From: an uncultured Actinomycetota bacterium
GTDB taxonomy: Bacteria; Actinomycetota; Actinomycetes; Mycobacteriales; Mycobacteriaceae
Assembly: GCA_963782405.1 (NCBI GenBank)
Contig: CAWAJX010000012.1
Coordinates: forward strand, 103,794-167,793
DNA length: 64,000 nt
Direction of reading: 5' to 3'
The notes beneath the pieces are model-generated. The model made no database searches. It saw only the letters and a program-made list of their open reading frames with translations, and was not told the origin of the DNA. Below are positions 57,570 to 64,000 of the stretch, one piece after another. Each line of letters starts with the position of its first letter. Within the stretch, counting starts at the first letter, position 1. The translations under genes were made by a program, and so were the position numbers.

Positions 57570-58532
57570 ATGCCAAAGGATTTGACGCAGTTGCAGTTGC
57601 TCACCGAGCTCGAGCCCGTGGTTGCCACGACCATGGACCGGCACCTTGCCACTGCCAAGGAATGGCATCCGCACGACTATGTGCCCTGGGACGAGGGTCG
57701 CAACTTCGCCGCCATGGGCGGGGACGACTGGGAACCGGGGCAATCCCGGTTGTCCGAAGTGGCCAAAGTCGCGATGATCACGAATCTGCTCACCGAGGAC
57801 AATCTGCCCTCCTATCACCGGACCATTTCCGAGCATTTCTCCAGCGACGGCGCGTGGGGTACCTGGGTCGGCCGCTGGACCGCGGAGGAGAATCGGCACG
57901 CGATCGCCATGCGCGACTATCTCGTCGTGACCCGCGGGGTGGACCCGGTCGCGCTGGAGAACGACCGGATGGTGCACATGACCCGCGGTGTCCACGCACC
58001 CGACGACTTCGCGGGTGTCCTGGACCAGGTCGCGTATGTGACGTTCCAGGAGCTGGCGACCCGGATCAGCCACCGGGCCACCGGCCGCGTCTGCGGCGAT
58101 CCGGTCGCCGACCGCATGCTTGCCCGGATCGCGACCGACGAGAACCTGCACATGATCTTCTACCGCACGATCACCGCCGCGGCGTTCGACCTGTCGCCGG
58201 ATCAGACCATGGAATCGGTCACCAAGATCGTCAAGAGTTTCGCGATGCCCGGTACCGGGATGCCGAACTGGCGCCGCAACGGTGTGCTGATGGTGAAACA
58301 CGGAATCTACGATCTGCGTCAGCACCTCGACGAGGTCCTCAACCCGGTGCTGCGGAACTGGAACGTCTTCGAACGCACCGATTTCACCGCTCGGGGCGAG
58401 CGCAGCCGGGAGGAACTCTCGGAATTTCTCGACAAGCTCGGCCGCGATGTCGTTCGCTTCGAGGAGCAACGCGCCCGCATCCTGGCGCGCGAGGCGGCCA
58501 AGGCCGAGGGGCGCAATCCGGTTCAGGTGTAG
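57570..58532 (+). CDS. Acyl-ACP desaturase (DesA1-like di-iron protein)
   Basis: LLTEDNLPSYH; WTAEENRH; FQELATRISH; DENLH; RBS GAAAGGA. Confidence 0.95.
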   Translation: MPKDLTQLQLLTELEPVVATTMDRHLATAKEWHPHDYVPWDEGRNFAAMGGDDWEPGQSRLSEVAKVAMITNLLTEDNLPSYHRTISEHFSSDGAWGTWVGRWTAEENRHAIAMRDYLVVTRGVDPVALENDRMVHMTRGVHAPDDFAGVLDQVAYVTFQELATRISHRATGRVCGDPVADRMLARIATDENLHMIFYRTITAAAFDLSPDQTMESVTKIVKSFAMPGTGMPNWRRNGVLMVKHGIYDLRQHLDEVLNPVLRNWNVFERTDFTARGERSREELSEFLDKLGRDVVRFEEQRARILAREAAKAEGRNPVQV

Positions 58533-58883
58533 CGGGAGTCGTGTGGAAGCCGCGGTCTCGAGCGGCGGCGCCGCCGAATTTCCCGATCCGGACAGCCCCG
58601 CAGATGTGAGCCGAGGTGGTGAGGGCCGCTCGTGAACAGCCTCAGGCGCCCTCGATTCCGGGTGCGAATCCTGTTCTCGCGCTTCGGTGCTGACCACACA
58701 ACGTTGTAGTGCCGGCACCGATGCGGTGCTCGAATATATGCAGCGCAATGTCGATGGGTGACAACAGATGCCGACGCGCCGGTCCCGGTCCCGGTGACCG
58801 GAATCCGGGCCCGGACGCGCCGCGGCGCTTGGTATCACGGAGGGCCGATCACTTCGGCGGTGGCGCGATCGACGAGGACTTCC

Positions 58884-60306
58884 ATGCAGGATCTGTTCGA
58901 CAACACCGATATGACCGGTCTGGCCGCGGCGGTCGCGGGCGGCGAGGTATCGGCCGGGGAAGTGGTCGAATTCAGCCTGAACCGCATGCGGGAGCGCAAT
59001 CCCGCGATCAACGCGATCGTCGGTGAACGCGGCGAGCAGGCACTGCGCGAGGTGGCGGCCGGCCTGCCGAAGGGACCGCTGCGTGGCATCCCGTTCGTGA
59101 TCAAGGACCTCCACATGGATGTCGCGGGGTTGCCGACCACCAACGGTTCCCGCCTGTTCGGCGACGCCGTGGCCACCGCGGACTCCGAACTGGTCGCGCG
59201 GTACCGGCGCGCGGGCCTGGTGATCATCGGTAAGACGAATGCGCCGGAGTTCGGGCTGAACGCGAGCACCGAGCCGTTGTTGTTCGGGCCGACCCGCAAC
59301 CCGCACCGCCTCACTCATTCCGTCGGCGGCTCCTCGGGCGGGCGGCGGCGGCGGTCGCGAGCGGCATCGTGCCCGCCGGGCAGGCGAGCGACGGCGGTGG
59401 CTCGATCCGAATACCGGCCTCGGCATGTGGACTCGTGGGCCTCAAACCCAGTCGCGGACGGGTGCCCGCGTTCCCCGCGCGCAATCTGCTGGCCGCGCCG
59501 ATGGCCGTTAACCACGCGGTGACCCGCAGCGTGCGGGATTCGGCACTGTTGCTCGATATCGCCGCGGGCCCCGTTCCGGGTGATCCGTATGTCATCGCAC
59601 CGGCGTCGAAACCGTACGCGGAGATCGTGCACACCGCCCCGGGACGCTTGCGGATCGGCATCGCGACCACACTTCCCTCGGGTGCCGAGGTACATCCGGA
59701 TTGTGTTGCCGTGACCCGGGATATCGCGGGGTTGCTCTCCGATCTCGGTCACGACGTGCGAGACGAGGCGCCCGACTTCCCGGTCGAGGAAATCATGAGC
59801 GGCCTGCAGTATCTGATGGCGGTCCCGGTGGCCGTGGAGGTGAACAACCGGCTGGTGCAGCTCGGGCGCGCACTGCTCGACGACGATCTCGAGCCGATGA
59901 CTTGTGTGATCTACGATCACGCCGAGCGGACCGGCGCGGGGGACTACGTCCGGGCGCTGCGCGACCTCGAAAAGGCCGCGACCCTGCTCGGGGGCTACTT
60001 CGGCGCCCACGATCTGTTGCTGACCCCGACGCTGGGCACGGTGGTACCGCCGCTGGGAATGCTCGACACGACCGACCCGGCGTCGCTGTGGGAGCACGGG
60101 ATGTCGTTCAGCGGCATGACGAGTCCGTTCAATGTGACGGGCCAGCCGGCGATCTCACTGCCGCTGGGACCGACAGTTCCGGGATGCCGGTCGGTGTTCA
60201 GCTGGTCGCCGCGTTCGGACGCGAAGATCTGCTGCTGCGGGCGGCGGCACAGCTCGAGGCGACGCGGCCCTGGAATACCGCGCCGATCTGGCCGCCCGCC
60301 GGGTGA
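58884..60306 (+). pseudogene. Amidase-signature enzyme split by two single-base frameshifts (near 59340 and 60170)
   Basis: GIPFVIKD; GKTNAPEFG; GGSSGG | ASDGGGSIRIPAS ... LPLG | GMPVGVQL in three successive frames. Confidence 0.85.
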
Positions 60307-60325
60307 GAAGGGCCCTCGCGCGCCG

Positions 60326-61123
60326 CTACGCGAACCCGGCCGTGATGTAACTCGCGGCCGCGGTCGTCCAGGTGACATCGGTACCCGGCATGTCCTTGGC
60401 CGGATACAGCACGTGCTGGCCCTCGGGATAGGGCGTGAGGTAGCCGATCACGCCGTTGATCGCCGCCGCATACCGCTGCAGGTTGGCCAGTGGATTGAGC
60501 ATCAGGAATTGCTGGAGCTGGGCGAAGATCAGGTAACTCACATTGCCCACCCGCGCGCCCTCGACGAACGAGAACGGCGAGATTCCCGCGGCGATGATGC
60601 GCAGCGGTGAATCGGCCGGTGATGCGGTGATGATGTCGCCGGGGTTCGCGTACTCCCGGGTCGCCACCCCGGCGGGCCAGCCGGCATGCTGGCCGTACAG
60701 CCCGAATGTCGTGGGCGGGCACAGGTTGTTCACCGAATCTCCCGCTCGGCGTAGAGGATTGGCGATGAACACGGCGAAGGCGATCTCCAGTGGACTGCCG
60801 TCGGTATTGGTGTACCGGCCCGACGCGACGCCCTCGAGAATCCGGCTCGCGCAGATGCCGCCGAGCGAATAGCTCAGCAGCCCACAGACATTCGGTGATT
60901 GCTGGATCGCCTGCACGCCTGCCTCGGTACCCTCCCGCACCGAGGTTTCCAATGACGGCCCCCACAGATCGGGATCGGGCCCCACCGCTGCGGGCCAGTC
61001 CGGTTCGAAGAAGCTGAAACTGTCGGTGGAAAGCAGATCGGTCACCGCGGCCAGCAAACCCGCGGGTGATCCGTCGGCATTTCGTGTCTCGCCGGTTCCT
61101 CGCAACGTGATGATGTCGATCAT
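60326..61123 (-). CDS. Cutinase/PE-PPE-like alpha/beta hydrolase (LysB-like)
   Basis: ITLRGTGE (oxyanion strand), SYSLGG nucleophile elbow, IANPLR, GDIIT, terminal GQHVLY; no signal peptide. Confidence 0.75.
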   Translation of the reverse strand: MIDIITLRGTGETRNADGSPAGLLAAVTDLLSTDSFSFFEPDWPAAVGPDPDLWGPSLETSVREGTEAGVQAIQQSPNVCGLLSYSLGGICASRILEGVASGRYTNTDGSPLEIAFAVFIANPLRRAGDSVNNLCPPTTFGLYGQHAGWPAGVATREYANPGDIITASPADSPLRIIAAGISPFSFVEGARVGNVSYLIFAQLQQFLMLNPLANLQRYAAAINGVIGYLTPYPEGQHVLYPAKDMPGTDVTWTTAAASYITAGFA

Positions 61124-61283
61124 CGGGTCCTCCTCACCCGCGCCGAAACTCCCCGTACCTCTACGGTAAACCCGCGAGACCGGCTCGGCCAGGGATTACG
61201 GCGCGTCGGTCGCGACGCACCCAGATTGTCGTAGCGCCGTTACCCGTGCGCGTCCGCCCGCTCGCGGAGTACGGTCGGCAACT

Positions 61284-61895
61284 GTGAGACGAAGTCCGAT
61301 GGTGTGGTGGCTGATCGCCGTTGCCGTGATGTCCGTCGCCGGCTGTACGCAGCAGCCGGCGACCGAATCCCGCGACGACGATGCGGGTTCGGCGGTGCAT
61401 GCGGGTTCGCTGCCGCCGGACAGCGGGACGCCCGCCCAGCAGAGCGCCGATGCCGTTGTGCCGCAGTGCCGGACATCGGATCTGTCGGCCGCGGTGGGGC
61501 CGGGCAATGCGGCGGCCGGAACGGTCGCCTTCCCGATCGTGTTCACCAACAACGGGTCCGGTACCTGTGCGCTCGCGGGTTTCCCCGGCGTCTCCTACAG
61601 CGAGGCGGCCGACGGCGCACCCGTGGGCGCGCCCGCGGTACGGGAGGGCGCGGCGTCGGCGCCGGTGCAGATCTCGCCCGGCGGGCAGGCGTCGGCACTG
61701 GTGTTCGCGGTCGACGTGCACAACATTCCGGCCGATCAGTGCCGGCCGGTCCAGGTGCCGGGGCTGCGAATCTACCCGCCCGACAACACCGAATCGCTGT
61801 ACGTCGAGCGGTCCGCGACAGCGTGCGGTAACACGCAGGTGACCACGACACAGCTGCGCGTACGCGCGATGGTAACCGGCGCCGACGGCCGCTGA
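61284..61895 (+). CDS. DUF4232-like lipoprotein
   Basis: SVAGC lipobox; CRTSDL...GNAAAG...FTNNG..TCALAGFPGV...GLRIYPP. Confidence 0.85.
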   Translation: MRRSPMVWWLIAVAVMSVAGCTQQPATESRDDDAGSAVHAGSLPPDSGTPAQQSADAVVPQCRTSDLSAAVGPGNAAAGTVAFPIVFTNNGSGTCALAGFPGVSYSEAADGAPVGAPAVREGAASAPVQISPGGQASALVFAVDVHNIPADQCRPVQVPGLRIYPPDNTESLYVERSATACGNTQVTTTQLRVRAMVTGADGR

Positions 61896-62054
61896 TCCGT
61901 GACATCACGGATTTCGTTGCCACATCGGCGATTACGACGCGATTACGAGAAGTGCCCAATCGATCACGGAGCGGGTGCCGAACCGGGACAATGAAATAGC
62001 CAACCATCCGTACCCGGCCGGGATCCAGGGCCGGTCGACCTCTCGGAGGGGTTC

Positions 62055-63005
62055 ATGGTCGATTCGCTTTTCGCCGACGTATCCGAGTTCCAGGTTCCGG
62101 TCGACGACTCCTACCCGTATCAGCTGTTCTCGTTCCGTTCCAATGACGGGACCTATCAGGACCACAACTTCTATCGGAACTACGCCTGGGCGGCCGCGGC
62201 CGCCGACGCGGGGCGAATAGCCTGCTTCATCGTCTACTTCTATTGGCGGCCGAATTGGCTCGACACCGTCGACAACCACCGGAGCATGGTGGGGCAGGCG
62301 GGCGGGCCGCATCCGAAGATGATCACCATGATCAATGTGGAGTCGGGCGGAAATCCGGGCGGTGATCAGTCCGACGGCATCAATCGCGCGTACTGGCGGC
62401 TTGCCGACTGGCTGGGATCCACGCGCCGCGTCATCGGCTACGCCAACCGGCCGGACTTCGACAGCATGTGGCGGGTGCGCCCGGACGGGCTCAACATGGT
62501 CGGTGCCGGGTACGGCAGCAATCCGAATCTGCCCGGCCAGATCGCACATCAGTACACCGACGGCCAGGGCTACGGTGGCGGCCTGCCCGAGGGCGCCTCC
62601 CCGTTCGGGAACTGCGATATGAATTCCGCCGACGGATTCTCACCGGCGGAATTCGCCAATCAGGTCGGTGTCGGCGTCCTCACGCCGGATCCCGTGACCG
62701 ATATGTGGATTCAGTTCATGGGCATCGGCGGTAACGGCTGGCCACAGCTGGCCGGTCATACCCTCGTCGACGGTGTCGCCGCCGTCGGGCAGACTCTCGG
62801 CCTGCCCGGTTTCGTGGCGCCGCCGGGGCCGACCCAGATCCCGCTGCCCCGCGACTCCGACGGCCGGATCCGCGACGAATGGATTCAGATGCGCGGAGTG
62901 CAGGGCACCGGCTGGCCGCAGCTCGGTGGCCGGTCGCTCGTCGACGCCATCGCCACCATCGGGCAGAAACTCGACATCGCCGGCTTCCAGCCACCTACTC
63001 GATAA
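62055..63005 (+). CDS. GH25-like lysin (actinophage LysA-like) with two C-terminal wall-binding repeats
   Basis: FADVSEFQ; RSNDGT; INVES; HQYTDG; CDMN; twice WxQxxGxxGxGWPQLxGxxLVD; RBS GGAGG. Confidence 0.8.
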   Translation: MVDSLFADVSEFQVPVDDSYPYQLFSFRSNDGTYQDHNFYRNYAWAAAAADAGRIACFIVYFYWRPNWLDTVDNHRSMVGQAGGPHPKMITMINVESGGNPGGDQSDGINRAYWRLADWLGSTRRVIGYANRPDFDSMWRVRPDGLNMVGAGYGSNPNLPGQIAHQYTDGQGYGGGLPEGASPFGNCDMNSADGFSPAEFANQVGVGVLTPDPVTDMWIQFMGIGGNGWPQLAGHTLVDGVAAVGQTLGLPGFVAPPGPTQIPLPRDSDGRIRDEWIQMRGVQGTGWPQLGGRSLVDAIATIGQKLDIAGFQPPTR

Positions 63006-63029
63006 CACCCCCACCAACGGAGCACTCGA

Positions 63030-63365
63030 ATGCCGACAATCGCGAGCACGAACGGCCGCTTCTTCGTTGTCACCGACTGTGTCCCACAGGTGCAGGCGGC
63101 GGCGACAGCCGCCGCCGCGGGCGGGAGCCTCGCCGCCCTCACCTCGGCTACGGTCGCCGAGATCACCTTCCCGGAGGGAGCCTTCAGTACCGTATCCGAC
63201 TGCGACACAACACAATCCGGGCCCACGGCTTGGTTTTCCACCTATAACGGCGGAGTCCCGATCGGCTGCGTCTACGCGGTCGACCTCACCACGGGGCGGG
63301 TGTGGACCGAGAACGCCAACCAGGCCGCGGCATGGACCCGATTCGTCCTCGCCGCATCCGGATAG
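63030..63365 (+). CDS. Hypothetical protein in the lysin operon
   Basis: RBS GGAG; 24 nt after the lysin stop; no TM segment or signal peptide. Confidence 0.7.
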   Translation: MPTIASTNGRFFVVTDCVPQVQAAATAAAAGGSLAALTSATVAEITFPEGAFSTVSDCDTTQSGPTAWFSTYNGGVPIGCVYAVDLTTGRVWTENANQAAAWTRFVLAASG

Positions 63366-63381
63366 GCAAGGAGGCCGGGCC

Positions 63382-64000
63382 ATGGCGACGCATTGGGGCA
63401 CTGCGATCACCGGATACGCCGGGAGTACGGCGAAACAGTTCGGAGTGGGTGGTACCGATCTCGGAATCCCTTATGTCCGTGAGCAGTTCGAGGCGAACGG
63501 TTCGGGATACGTTTTCGGCGACACCTTCACCGGTGACAGCCAGGGTTCCGGCACCTGGCTGGGCTCGCCGGTGCTGCTGTTGGGCCCGGCCCTTCCGGAT
63601 GCCACCACCACCTTCACCGCCACACCCGGGGGAGCGGCGGCACAGCAGGCCCTGACCTACGCCCACAATGCCGACAACGGGTACGGCACCGAGGTCAGCC
63701 GGATTCCCAACGACGCCTACGTCGACCCGAACGGGCGAACCTGGCTGACCTACACCAGCGTTCACGACTGGAATGCGCCCGACGACCGCTACGGGGCATT
63801 GTTCTGCGGGCTCGCGTTCTCCGACGACGACGGCAGCACCTGGACCGACTACGCGGCCGTCCGGCTCAACGACGGCAGCGACGGTTACGGCGGCTGGAGC
63901 CCGTTCATGATGCAGTCCTTCGCCGGGATCGGGAACAACAACGCCGACGGCTACCTGTACATCGTGTCGAAGGAATGGGGGCGCAAGCACAATCGCGACG
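63382..64000 (+). CDS. DUF4185/GH183-like endo-D-arabinanase candidate (partial, runs off the window; not in the ORF track)
   Basis: RBS AAGGAGG; ATG 63382; open to the window end; GTDLG, FGDTF, GSP, IPND, SDDDGSTW (Asp-box) and DGYLY motifs. Confidence 0.75.
   Translation, partial: MATHWGTAITGYAGSTAKQFGVGGTDLGIPYVREQFEANGSGYVFGDTFTGDSQGSGTWLGSPVLLLGPALPDATTTFTATPGGAAAQQALTYAHNADNGYGTEVSRIPNDAYVDPNGRTWLTYTSVHDWNAPDDRYGALFCGLAFSDDDGSTWTDYAAVRLNDGSDGYGGWSPFMMQSFAGIGNNNADGYLYIVSKEWGRKHNRD

Noticed and set aside
59336-59354. GCG repeat as a phase-variation tract in the amidase
   Set aside because: It encodes an ordinary poly-Ala after GGSSGG; a 1-nt loss is not a repeat-unit slip, so error or pseudogenisation is more likely
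63030-63365. Holin candidate
   Set aside because: No transmembrane segment; the Ala-rich stretch is not hydrophobic enough
1-64000. Hundreds of long alternative-frame ORFs in the track (e.g. 383-1858, 19053 extension, 57315-59426, 22015-23538)
   Set aside because: Arg/Pro/Gly-rich shadow ORFs typical of ~70% GC DNA; they overlap better-supported genes and carry no family motifs
1-64000. CRISPR array, rRNA, tRNA, integrase or IS
   Set aside because: No regularly spaced repeat-spacer units, no RNA-gene signatures, and no transposase or recombinase motifs seen

Overview
High-GC actinobacterial chromosome segment. The gene set (acyl-ACP desaturase, L,D-transpeptidase, Acg nitroreductase, mycobacterial-type SAM methyltransferase, conservon) fits a mycolic-acid-containing genus, most likely Nocardia; this is inferred, not proven. 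About 65 genes are supported, mostly metabolic or regulator-enzyme pairs. They include a methionine-salvage operon (mtnA-mtnB fusion, mtnD, mtnC), a four-gene conservon (sensor kinase, Roadblock, DUF742, GTPase), a membrane Ser/Thr kinase and two putative toxin-antitoxin pairs, each with an operator-like palindrome. I found no rRNA, tRNA, CRISPR array, integrase or transposase. Most notable: (1) At the right edge (60.3-64.0 kb) lies a lysis-cassette-like set of apparently signal-peptide-less envelope hydrolases with no phage genes in view: a LysB/cutinase-like esterase, a GH25-like lysin with duplicated phage-type wall-binding repeats, an unknown 111-aa protein, and a DUF4185/GH183 D-arabinanase-like ORF missing from the supplied ORF track. 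(2) An S8 protease is followed by a free-standing protein resembling its own pro-domain. (3) Two loci (36.0-37.6 kb and 48.7-51.7 kb) are mosaics of gene fragments joined by deletions, one producing an open chimeric flavin monooxygenase ORF. (4) Four single-base frameshifts may be assembly errors. All family assignments come from motif recognition by eye; no database searches were run.
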